This document shows positions 45,060-54,032 of a DNA stretch of 64,000 bases, one piece after another (positions within the stretch are counted from its first letter, which is position 1; each line of letters begins with the position of its first letter). Position numbers and translations under genes: made by a program. The notes beneath the pieces are model-generated. The model ran no database searches. It had not been told where the DNA came from and saw only the letters and a program-made list of their open reading frames with translations. The stretch comes from a virus. Lineage: Duplodnaviria; Caudoviricetes. The stretch is taken from the IMG/VR virus record IMGVR_UViG_3300042554_000410, positions 1 to 64,000 of that record; one strand, given 5' to 3'.

Positions 45060-46430
45060 TCACACCTTTAGACTTTTAAACTTATCTTTTGAACTACTTG
45101 TCTGTGGAACTTGACCACTATCAACAATATCTATCTGAGCGGATTGTTCTACATCATACAACTTCATCTTTGCTTTGTCGATGCCGATAACAAATCTCTT
45201 GTTCTGAGTCGGATCAGAATATCGATTCTTCAACTGCTTTACCATTATCTGATTTAGTTCTTGTAGTTGCTCGGTAGAAATCAAGGCTGCCATAAAGTCA
45301 GCAGTAGCAGGAAGACCAAACGATTCGGAAGTATCTTCAAGACCAACGTCTGAACTTGTAAAGCCAGTTCTGTTTGTCTGAGTGGCCGAAACAACTGGCA
45401 CTTCAAACTCTACAGCAAGACCGCGCAACTCTTCTGCGATAGACTTGATGTATGTATAACTGTTCACATTACCGCCAGGCTTGATGCGAGAAGATGCACA
45501 GATGTTTAGATAGTCAACAAAGATGATATCTGGCTTGAATGATTTCTTCAAGTGCAACTCATTCAGCAAGGCTTTGAAATGCAAAGTGGATGCTGCTGCG
45601 GTTGGATATTCCTTGACGATAAGTTTTCCTTGTGCCTTGTTCTTGAGAACAGAAGCTTTCTTCAAATACAAATCACGAGGAAGTTGGAGCAAGTCATCAA
45701 TCGTAATGTTCATGAGATTTGCGTCAATACGCTTTGCAACTTCTTCTTCGGCCAACTCAAGTGTGATATACAACACATTCTTGCCTTGAGCCAAACAAGC
45801 GGCAGCAATGTGACACATAGTCAGAGACTTACCGACACCAGTACCAGCCAAAAAGATGTTGAGTGTCTTACGGCTGAAACCATTCTTGGTAATCTTGTTG
45901 AAGAAATCTAGATCGAAAGGAATCTTGTGTTCGACACGATGATAGTATTCGAATCGTTCTTCAAAGTCTTCAAGATAATCGTGACCAACATTTGGATCAA
46001 AAGTGACAGCAAGTGCTTGTGTCAATAGATCAGGGATGGCACCCTTTGTGAGAGTGCCACCCTTGTTGTTCATGATTTCGATAGACTGCATTATTGCATT
46101 ATAGATTGCTTTCTCTTGACAGAACTTTTCGGTGCTATCAAGAAGCCAGTCTGCATTTGTATCCACTTCATCAGCGTTGAGGTCTTTGATGAGAGTAGAT
46201 GCGTCTCTGGCCTGGTCTGCTGTCAACCCGCGAAGTGAATCAACTTCAATCAGCAATGCGTCTGTGGTAGGTAGATTGTTATACTTGATAGTGAAATCAC
46301 GAATTTCGTTGAAGATGTTGCGTTCAACTTCATTCGTGAAGTATTCACTCTTGAGAAACGGCAGAACCCTTCGCGTGAACGATTCGTTCTTCACCAGATT
46401 CTTCAATATAACTTTCTCTATCTGCACCAT
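45060..46430 (-). CDS. 41: T4 gp41-like replicative helicase
   Basis: AGTGVGKS, VDYLNIC, SATQTNR, SESFGLPATAD, QLKNRY. Confidence 0.97.
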   Translation of the reverse strand: MVQIEKVILKNLVKNESFTRRVLPFLKSEYFTNEVERNIFNEIRDFTIKYNNLPTTDALLIEVDSLRGLTADQARDASTLIKDLNADEVDTNADWLLDSTEKFCQEKAIYNAIMQSIEIMNNKGGTLTKGAIPDLLTQALAVTFDPNVGHDYLEDFEERFEYYHRVEHKIPFDLDFFNKITKNGFSRKTLNIFLAGTGVGKSLTMCHIAAACLAQGKNVLYITLELAEEEVAKRIDANLMNITIDDLLQLPRDLYLKKASVLKNKAQGKLIVKEYPTAAASTLHFKALLNELHLKKSFKPDIIFVDYLNICASSRIKPGGNVNSYTYIKSIAEELRGLAVEFEVPVVSATQTNRTGFTSSDVGLEDTSESFGLPATADFMAALISTEQLQELNQIMVKQLKNRYSDPTQNKRFVIGIDKAKMKLYDVEQSAQIDIVDSGQVPQTSSSKDKFKSLKV

Positions 46431-46704
46431 CCAACTCCGCAATATCTATGATTAAAGTATTCAATATCAAACCAAGATGCTGTTCAAAATACTTATCCTT
46501 ACGCAGCAACTCTTCTTTGAACTTACCTGATGAAAGTATTTCGTAAGAGAACCGAAGAGTGGCATTTCCATCTTCTGGATTTTCACGAATGCCTACGTTC
46601 GTAAAACGAAATATAACATCTTTGTATGCTTCTGTCAATAACTGAATAGCAGTTGTGTCCGTATTATAGACATTACTGAATCGGAAATCTGTACCTAAAA
46701 TCAT
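46345..46704 (-). CDS. gp40-like protein
   Basis: Position between uvsX and 41 as in T4; LRFSYEI motif. Confidence 0.55.
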   Translation of the reverse strand: MILGTDFRFSNVYNTDTTAIQLLTEAYKDVIFRFTNVGIRENPEDGNATLRFSYEILSSGKFKEELLRKDKYFEQHLGLILNTLIIDIAELDGADRESYIEESGEERIVHAKGSAVSQE

Positions 46705-47753
46705 TCAGATTCCTCCGTATCTGTGACATTGGACTTACCATAAAGAAACTCATTCTTACATGCTTCGTCAATTTTGTCCATGATGTCCTTTGTAAAATAC
46801 TTTTCTGGATTTATTTGAATGACAGACTCGAAAGCCTTAGTTCCATCTGGCATTTCATACTTGTTTGCTACCTTCTTCATGATACCAAACTTTTCAGCCA
46901 AATCAATCAGACCATAGTATGGATCAAGGCCGTAAGAATAGTCGAGTAGAGTTTCGACCTTCTTGTTCTCAATCGTCAGACGAGCCTTCTTGAGATTGGC
47001 CGTGATGATTGCGCCAGATACACTACCGTCTTTGTCCTTGTCTTTCTTCTTTGACAGGAACAGAATGGTCGATGCAGCATATTCAAGACCAGAACCGCCA
47101 CCCATCTTCTTGGTCGGAACATACGAACCTACTACATCATAAACGTGATTGGTCACGATGAGAGGCACCTTAGCCTTACCAAGCTTGAGTGTAAGAACAC
47201 GGAACGCACCACGAACAAGTTGTGCGCGTGTCATGTCGCGTGTGTCCTTGCCGTCTGCGATATCGGCCATTTCTTTGTCTGTAGAAAGATTGCCGAGTGA
47301 ATCAAGAACAAAGAGCATCGGCGGGCGATCCTTCTTCTCCTTGTCTTCAATATACTTGTCGAGGATTTTTACGGCTTGAGTTCTAAATTCTTGGATAGTT
47401 GCGACTGGCACAACTGCAACTCGCTTTGTGTCAACGTTTCTGTCTGAAAGCATTTGCTTAGATATAGCGGATTCTGATTCAAAGTAGAAGACGAATCCAT
47501 CTTTATTGTCTCTGAGGAACTGTCTGACAATGTTGATTGCGTAAAAGGTCTTGCCGGTTGAGGGTTCACCTGCGAGTGCTGTGACCTTGTTTGCAGGTAA
47601 GCCACCGTAAATGCTACCGCTAAGTAGAGCATTGAGACTATAAGAGCCAGTACCAATGAACCCAGTGACATCACCAGCTTCGATACCTTCGTCTGCAATT
47701 CCCGCATATTCATTATCAATCTCCTTGAGTAAGGAAGTAAACATGTTTGACAT
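46701..47753 (-). CDS. uvsX: UvsX recombinase
   Basis: TGSYSLNALLSG, AGEPSTGKT, DSLGNL, MGGGSG. Confidence 0.95.
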   Translation of the reverse strand: MSNMFTSLLKEIDNEYAGIADEGIEAGDVTGFIGTGSYSLNALLSGSIYGGLPANKVTALAGEPSTGKTFYAINIVRQFLRDNKDGFVFYFESESAISKQMLSDRNVDTKRVAVVPVATIQEFRTQAVKILDKYIEDKEKKDRPPMLFVLDSLGNLSTDKEMADIADGKDTRDMTRAQLVRGAFRVLTLKLGKAKVPLIVTNHVYDVVGSYVPTKKMGGGSGLEYAASTILFLSKKKDKDKDGSVSGAIITANLKKARLTIENKKVETLLDYSYGLDPYYGLIDLAEKFGIMKKVANKYEMPDGTKAFESVIQINPEKYFTKDIMDKIDEACKNEFLYGKSNVTDTEESE

Positions 47754-47804
47754 ATAGATTCTCCTATATTATGTTGAACGTCACGATTCTCCGTGACGCT
47801 GTAT

Positions 47805-48194
47805 TTAGCAGCGAACGATATCGTCCTCTCTGCAAATTTCGCCGATTTGCACCTCAATTGCAATTAAAATTTCCTTGAGATGTGTGTTTGTGATTTTGTG
47901 AATGCCCTGTCTTGGCACAAAGAATGTATCACCCTTCTTGACAGAAAACACATTACCATCAACAATCACTTTGCCTTCGCCTTGAACAATCGTCCAAGTT
48001 TCTGTACGATGGATGTGATACTGTAGTGAGATGGCCTGGTCTGGTAGAATTTCCAGCTTCTTTACCTTGAATCCCTGATCCACATCTAGGACATACCAGC
48101 GACCCCAAGGTCTAGATGCACCATCAAGATACTTTCTTGATGCTACAATGTCTTCCAACACTTTATGAAAATCGTCATAATCATCTTTTGTCAT
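47805..48194 (-). CDS. mannose-6-phosphate isomerase type II cupin domain
   Basis: RPWG, SLQYH.HR.E.W, IEVQ.G...EDDIVR. Confidence 0.85.
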   Translation of the reverse strand: MTKDDYDDFHKVLEDIVASRKYLDGASRPWGRWYVLDVDQGFKVKKLEILPDQAISLQYHIHRTETWTIVQGEGKVIVDGNVFSVKKGDTFFVPRQGIHKITNTHLKEILIAIEVQIGEICREDDIVRC

Positions 48195-48981
48195 TCTCTA
48201 ATTCTTCCATATCTAAAAATTCAATTCGTCTATTCTGTGCTGCGGATATGTTAAATGCTAACAGTAGTAATATTGCCAGCGGATCAAACACGAATATGAG
48301 CAGCATTATAACAAATCTGATGGCTTTGTCAACTATTTCTTGATCGGATGAGCCATAAATTAGTTCAGCAACATATTTGATTGGTCCGACTTCTGCTTCT
48401 ATTTTTTTGAACTCAGATTCCAACTTTATGCGCTGAGATTTCATTTGTGATAGTTTATCCGTTTCTGTTTTCTTTTCATCGACCAAAGCTTGGCGTGTTT
48501 CTTTCTGTTGCTTTGCTGCGGCTAGAGAAGATTTTGTTTGTCCCTTTTCAATCATCTTATTGATTGAATCGTCTATCACTTTTATCTGTTTGTCTAAGTC
48601 TGCGATGCGTTCCTGTTGCAGAGTGATTTCGCTATTCAGTATTTCAACTTGTTCTGTCACACCAGTATTGAGTTGCAACTGTTGTTCAATATGTGCCTTG
48701 GAAAGAAAGCCAAAGATGCCCATGCTTGTGATGAGCATCAATACACCGATAGCAGCAAACAGATAAGTCTTGATTAGAAACGGCGCTTGTTTCCAGTTAT
48801 TGTATAGCCAAGATGTTGCTACAAGTTTGCCGACTTCCAATACTGAACCCATGATGATAATAGGCCAGAATGCTCCAGCAAAAATGGATGTAAGACCGAT
48901 TATACTATAATAAGCGGCTACAGCAGATATTGCGATTCCTGTGAAAAACACAAGAATTGTGAGGATACGTGATTGCATCAA
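48181..48981 (-). CDS. membrane protein with coiled coil
   Basis: AAYYSI.GL...LE.GK...ITSMGIFGFLSKAH...EVGPIKY...FDPLA. Confidence 0.75.
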   Translation of the reverse strand: MMQSRILTILVFFTGIAISAVAAYYSIIGLTSIFAGAFWPIIIMGSVLEVGKLVATSWLYNNWKQAPFLIKTYLFAAIGVLMLITSMGIFGFLSKAHIEQQLQLNTGVTEQVEILNSEITLQQERIADLDKQIKVIDDSINKMIEKGQTKSSLAAAKQQKETRQALVDEKKTETDKLSQMKSQRIKLESEFKKIEAEVGPIKYVAELIYGSSDQEIVDKAIRFVIMLLIFVFDPLAILLLLAFNISAAQNRRIEFLDMEELENDKR

Positions 48982-48986
48982 TATAT

Positions 48987-51548
48987 TTAGTTGAAGAAAT
49001 CTTCAAGCGAAGATACATGTTCAGTCTTCCAGTCAATACTATCAAGAATAATCTTTAATGGCTCTAGAAAAGATTTGTCAAACTGCAAATCATAGTCGAT
49101 ATACTTTTCGATGTCCAACTCTTTCGGCACAATTGTAGGAAACGAGATGACATTAGACTGAATGGTGTTTGGCTCTTTGAGATAGATGAACTTAATCTTC
49201 TCACCCTCTTTGATTGCCTGATATGTCTTGTTCAACTTCTTGCGCTTGATTAAATCGTTATACAGCAAAGAACCGCGCACATGAATTGGGCAACCCTTAC
49301 CAAAGATAGCCTTGGCGTCAGCAAACTTATCAAGTCCATTTACACCACGAGGAAACGCGATGTCTGAAATATTCTGATGCCTAAACTCTTGACGCCAAGT
49401 TTCAATCATGCCAATCAAATCATTCTCGGTCTTGTTGAGAACAATATCGATTGCTTCCCACATAATCTTGCGGCAATATGTAGGAGTAGATGACTTAATC
49501 ATCTCAAGACCCATGACTTTCGGCTTAGGCTTTGCGTATTCAACACCTTCGTTATTGTATACATTCAGAATGTAACGCTTCTTGGCTGTCCAGATACCCT
49601 TGTCGGCCAGAGCCTCACGCTTCATTTGCATCTTTTGTTCGTAGGCATTAATATATTCAGCAAGTTCAGCATAAGCAGAGTCAATAAACGGTTGAATTTT
49701 ATTTTCGCAGACCTTATCCATGAATGCGATAATTTGTTTTGTTGTAGCATTTGGACTCTGCTCAATAATAGTCTTGCTGACCAGTTTATCAAGACAGAGG
49801 TAAATGCTATCCGTATCCGAGGCGATAACATAATCTTCTTTGTCCGTCTTTAGAATTTTGTTCATGTATTCATTTAGTTTCTTTTCGATCCAACGAATGG
49901 ACAACTGACCAGCAGTTGTGATGCCTGAGGCCTGTCGAACGTCGAAGTATCGGAAGTATTGATTGCCGAGAGCGCCGTAAGCAGAGTTCAGAGAAACCTT
50001 CTTAGCCAACTGGAGATTATTGAAACGTGCTACACGCTTTTCAATTTCAATTCTCTTTTCTGGATCAGTTTCTTTCTCTAGTTCTTTCTTGGCCGCAATA
50101 GCCTTCTTCTTGTATGCGCTGCGGTCATTATACATTGTTTCCATAATCTCAGGCAAGAAACCCTGCTTTGTACGACGATAGAAATGTCCGTTCGGTGTCA
50201 CAGTCACGTTTTCATATTTGAGTTGATTGTTGTTGTTTATTTGGTCAAGAAACTCATCAACCTCAAAGTGATTGTCTTTCACATACATTCTCAGACCAGG
50301 AGTGTAATCTTCTGGCTCAATGATTGTATCAGGCGAAATGTTGTATTGCATAATCAAATGTGGATACAGACTGTTCAAGTCGAATGATGCGACCCACTTA
50401 TACAGACCAGGCACAGGTTCTTTCACATGTGCGCCCTCATACGCGGAATCTTTACTGTGCTTGACAATAGGATCCACAACCATATTCTTCTTGCGAAGAT
50501 GATTATAAACGATAGCGTCCCACATACGAACCTGTGAGAAGGAATCGTCTGGATTAGTTTTGCTGTCGTATGCAAGAGTAAGAGCAAGTTCAATGAGTTT
50601 CAGCTTGTCATCAATCTTGTCAACAAGTTCAACGTCTTTGATGTTGTACTCAATAAACTTTTGATAGTTCTCTTTGTAGAGATTGTGCAGATTGCCATAT
50701 TCTTCATACGACAACTTCTTTTCGCCAAGTTCTACATTGGCAATGTTGTTGAGTGAATAAGATTCCTGAGACTGACCACCAGGAGCAAACTTGCGATACA
50801 TGGCAATATAATCAAGAGTGGCGATGCCAAGAATGCGGTAGATTGTTTCTACTTGACCCAGCTTGTTTGTAGTCTTGCCTTCATTGATAACATTCCAAGG
50901 TGATAGTCTGTTAGCAAACTCTTCACCCATCAACTTGCGAAAGCGATTGACGAGATAGACGATATCGAACCGTTCTACGTTCCAGCCAGTGATGATATCA
51001 GGATAGTCACCAGACCACTCATCAATAAATCTCTTGATAAGGTCAATCTCATCACGACAATGAATATACTGGACATCATCACGGGTGTTGTTAAACACAC
51101 CACAGCCAAATACGATAAACTTGCCTTGATTGTTCTTGAATGTGATGGCTGTTATTGGTTCATTGGCCAGAGACGGCTCAGGAAAACCATTCTCTGAACC
51201 AACCTCAATATCGATGTTTGTCACATTGATTTTAGAGATATCCCAATCAACATCATTTGGAAAAGTTTCTGCGATGAAGGCATATTCATATTTGTTATTG
51301 CCATAGACAATAAAGCCTTCAACTTCCTCATACATCTTGAGAAAGTCTCTAGCTTCACGAATGTTTCCAGGCTTCAACTCAGAAACATACTTGCCATGAA
51401 TTGTTGTCCAGTCCGTTGGTTCTTTTGAGGGAACAAAAAAAGTAGGAAAGTAATCTATCTTGCGTCTTACTTTCCTACCGTTTTCTATGCCTCTATAAAG
51501 TATTCTGGAACCATACACTTGAACGTTAGTGTAAAAGTTGTCGGACAT
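48987..51548 (-). CDS. 43: family B DNA polymerase (T4 gp43)
   Basis: DIEV exo I, SFDLNSLYPH, K...NSAYG, DTDS, KKRY. Confidence 0.98.
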   Translation of the reverse strand: MSDNFYTNVQVYGSRILYRGIENGRKVRRKIDYFPTFFVPSKEPTDWTTIHGKYVSELKPGNIREARDFLKMYEEVEGFIVYGNNKYEYAFIAETFPNDVDWDISKINVTNIDIEVGSENGFPEPSLANEPITAITFKNNQGKFIVFGCGVFNNTRDDVQYIHCRDEIDLIKRFIDEWSGDYPDIITGWNVERFDIVYLVNRFRKLMGEEFANRLSPWNVINEGKTTNKLGQVETIYRILGIATLDYIAMYRKFAPGGQSQESYSLNNIANVELGEKKLSYEEYGNLHNLYKENYQKFIEYNIKDVELVDKIDDKLKLIELALTLAYDSKTNPDDSFSQVRMWDAIVYNHLRKKNMVVDPIVKHSKDSAYEGAHVKEPVPGLYKWVASFDLNSLYPHLIMQYNISPDTIIEPEDYTPGLRMYVKDNHFEVDEFLDQINNNNQLKYENVTVTPNGHFYRRTKQGFLPEIMETMYNDRSAYKKKAIAAKKELEKETDPEKRIEIEKRVARFNNLQLAKKVSLNSAYGALGNQYFRYFDVRQASGITTAGQLSIRWIEKKLNEYMNKILKTDKEDYVIASDTDSIYLCLDKLVSKTIIEQSPNATTKQIIAFMDKVCENKIQPFIDSAYAELAEYINAYEQKMQMKREALADKGIWTAKKRYILNVYNNEGVEYAKPKPKVMGLEMIKSSTPTYCRKIMWEAIDIVLNKTENDLIGMIETWRQEFRHQNISDIAFPRGVNGLDKFADAKAIFGKGCPIHVRGSLLYNDLIKRKKLNKTYQAIKEGEKIKFIYLKEPNTIQSNVISFPTIVPKELDIEKYIDYDLQFDKSFLEPLKIILDSIDWKTEHVSSLEDFFN

Positions 51549-51877
51549 TATGCTCCTGGCTTGATCAAATTGGAAGTTGGAAGAACAAGTCCGCCAAACA
51601 TGGAATTGTATTGATTGACGAACTCTTTAATTGGCTCTATTATACACAATACATGAGACTTGTCAATAATAAAAGTTTTTTGATCACTAAATTCTGCCCA
51701 AGGAGCAAAGCCAATATTAGCAGGAGATTTAGGATTATATTGCATTGCTGGATTCGAAGGAATCACAACGATACGAACAGGGTTTTTGATTTCACAAACT
51801 GAGGGTCCACCTGGTAGAATTTCACCAAGCAGTTCCTCACCAGTAATTAACTTGAGTATCTTCACATTCGCAGCCAT
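51548..51877 (-). CDS. conserved hypothetical protein upstream of gp43
   Basis: KLITGEEL...PW...Y..MFG. Confidence 0.75.
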   Translation of the reverse strand: MAANVKILKLITGEELLGEILPGGPSVCEIKNPVRIVVIPSNPAMQYNPKSPANIGFAPWAEFSDQKTFIIDKSHVLCIIEPIKEFVNQYNSMFGGLVLPTSNLIKPGA

Positions 51878-52661
51878 TATTCTAGTTCTCCCACATAATC
51901 AAACACGCCGACTGTCATCCACTTGGTAGGAATATAAGTCAGATTAGAACCAGACTCACTCTTATAGACATACTTGTTCTCATAGTCCATAACCTTAGCA
52001 AGTTTTTCCCACTTGCTATCGTGTGTTCGCTGCTTCCATTGCGTCTCAAGAATATTCATTATAAAACTCCAATCTTAATTAAACTTAGTGCCGTTCATCT
52101 TTTCTTCTGTAGTAACAAATACCATCTTTTCAGAATCGTCTGTGTAGTATACAGGGTTCATGCCTGCTTGTCTATACTCTTCACCCCATTTTAATGCAAC
52201 ATGAAAGTTGCTATCTGGGCCCATAATTTCTGCTGCTTGTCGGATAATCTCTTCGGAAATAGTTTGATATGCCATTTTGCTATTCCTTCTTGGGTTTGTT
52301 TAGTTCCTCTAGAAATCCTCGCATAAAGTTCTCATAAAAACTAGGCGTATTCTTATATATCTCGGCCCAAAATCTACCCATGTCTTCTGCATGTTCAGTC
52401 ATATAGGTTCTGAGAATACTTTCGTTATACTTCCATCCTAACATCACCAAACACCGTCCTCTATTTTTTGTGCAACGCCTTCATTGATTAGTTGTCTCAC
52501 ACAGTCATCACAAATATCACCTACAGAATATGTGGCTCTTTTGAGAGCATAAAGTTCCATGTCATATCGTGAGCCGTATTGTCCAAGAATATAGAAAGAT
52601 CCCTCTTTCAGGAAGAGAGAGTTCGAACTATCATTATTGCTACACGAATTACATGCCATTT

Positions 52662-53279
52662 TTATGTCCACAAACTCTGATAATATTTAGCAAAGAGACG
52701 AAGCCCGTTGTTAATGCGCTTTTGAATTTCATCACGCTCTTCAAGGGCTTCGGTAGTCCAACCATTATGTCTCTCGTAGATTTCTAAGTCCCATTCTCCG
52801 TCTTTGATTTTCTCAAAGGCAAAAATCATCTCATCAAGAATATAATGCCAGCGCATTGCGTTAAAGGGTCGATCCCAATCATTATCTTCGGTGCGATCAT
52901 CATAGATAACATCATCGGGCGCATCTTCACGATAGGTGTATGGAGTGCCAAACTTACCTTTTTTAATCTTTAGAAGAATAGGATGAATGATGTGGGCTAG
53001 AGTAACATCAGCACTCCAAGTGTCCCAATCATCAATACGAACACTAATCTTTCGCTTACGATGCTTGATAATAGAATTAATCGTTACGTCATAGAACGAT
53101 TGAATGATACCCTCAAGCAACTCTAAGAAGTCTTCAATCTTAGTTGGTGTTGAAGGATGAGGCCAAACATGACCGTACTTCTTGTTCATGTAACGGTCAT
53201 GAATCCTACATATCAATCTGTCTGTAGGATATCTACTAATCTTGACTTTCATCTTCTTTTGCCTCGTTAGCCGCTTCAA
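52662..53279 (-). CDS. hypothetical phage protein
   Basis: DTWSAD.TLA.II.P...W..ILDEMIFAF...GL.LF.KYY..LW. Confidence 0.75.
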   Translation of the reverse strand: MKRLTRQKKMKVKISRYPTDRLICRIHDRYMNKKYGHVWPHPSTPTKIEDFLELLEGIIQSFYDVTINSIIKHRKRKISVRIDDWDTWSADVTLAHIIHPILLKIKKGKFGTPYTYREDAPDDVIYDDRTEDNDWDRPFNAMRWHYILDEMIFAFEKIKDGEWDLEIYERHNGWTTEALEERDEIQKRINNGLRLFAKYYQSLWT

Positions 53280-53400
53280 TTAAAGTTGCAAGAAGTCCCT
53301 TCTTCGCAAAGAAGAGAATAATTTCGTAATCCATTGTGATAGTAATGGTAGCAGAACCATCTTCGTTCTCTACAAAATCATTCACTTCGATGTGTTTCAT

Positions 53401-53640
53401 TTACGTGCCGCTTCCACCCTTACCGATGGCTGCCGTAATGTCTTCAAATGGAATTGCCTTGCAGATGTAGTATGTGCGACCGGCGTTTGTGCCGACTTCA
53501 AGTTGCAACTGATCAACAAGAATTTGTCCTGCTTCCTTGCAGGACTGTTCATTGTTAAATTCTGGTTTGTTTGGAGTGCGAATGTCGGTGTAGAGAGTGC
53601 CGTCATTCATCATGGTATTCAAAACGATAAGCCAAAGCAT
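53401..53640 (-). CDS. hypothetical protein
   Basis: ORF after tRNA-Gly; GAGG SD. Confidence 0.55.
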   Translation of the reverse strand: MLWLIVLNTMMNDGTLYTDIRTPNKPEFNNEQSCKEAGQILVDQLQLEVGTNAGRTYYICKAIPFEDITAAIGKGGSGT

Positions 53641-53660
53641 GTATCACCTCATTATAAAAT

Positions 53661-53734
53661 TGGAGCGGAGTACGAGATTCGAACTCGTTTCACTAGCTTG
53701 GAAGGCTAGGGCACAACCCATATACCAACCCCGC
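53661..53734 (-). tRNA. tRNA-Gly(TCC)
   Basis: CTAGC-CT-TCC-AA-GCTAG, U73, CCA. Confidence 0.93.
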
Positions 53735-53745
53735 ATTGTTTGTAT

Positions 53746-53976
53746 TTAGTTCAGTCTAGAGATGCCCTTTAGTTCAGGCAATTCACGTTCAAGAAGGATC
53801 AATGCTTCCTTTAAATTTCCACGTTCAATATGCCAAGCAACATCAACGAAACAAGCATCTGCGGCAGGATCTTTAGTAACAGTATAACCGCGTCTTTCTA
53901 GTTCGTCAATCAGATCGTCATCATCAAAATCATCGGCATCAACATCAACATAAACCGTTTGTTCAAAAGTAGGCAT
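53746..53976 (-). CDS. hypothetical acidic protein
   Basis: FDDDDLIDELERRG. Confidence 0.65.
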   Translation of the reverse strand: MPTFEQTVYVDVDADDFDDDDLIDELERRGYTVTKDPAADACFVDVAWHIERGNLKEALILLERELPELKGISRLN

Positions 53977-54032
53977 TTGTGTTCCTCTGTGTGTTTGTCA
54001 GTATGGACATATTAGCATATCCATTCAATTTG

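Noticed and set aside
4223-51548. Introns or inteins in nrdJ, thyX, primase, helicase, uvsX or polymerase
   Set aside because: All are continuous and of normal length, with no intein-like inserts.
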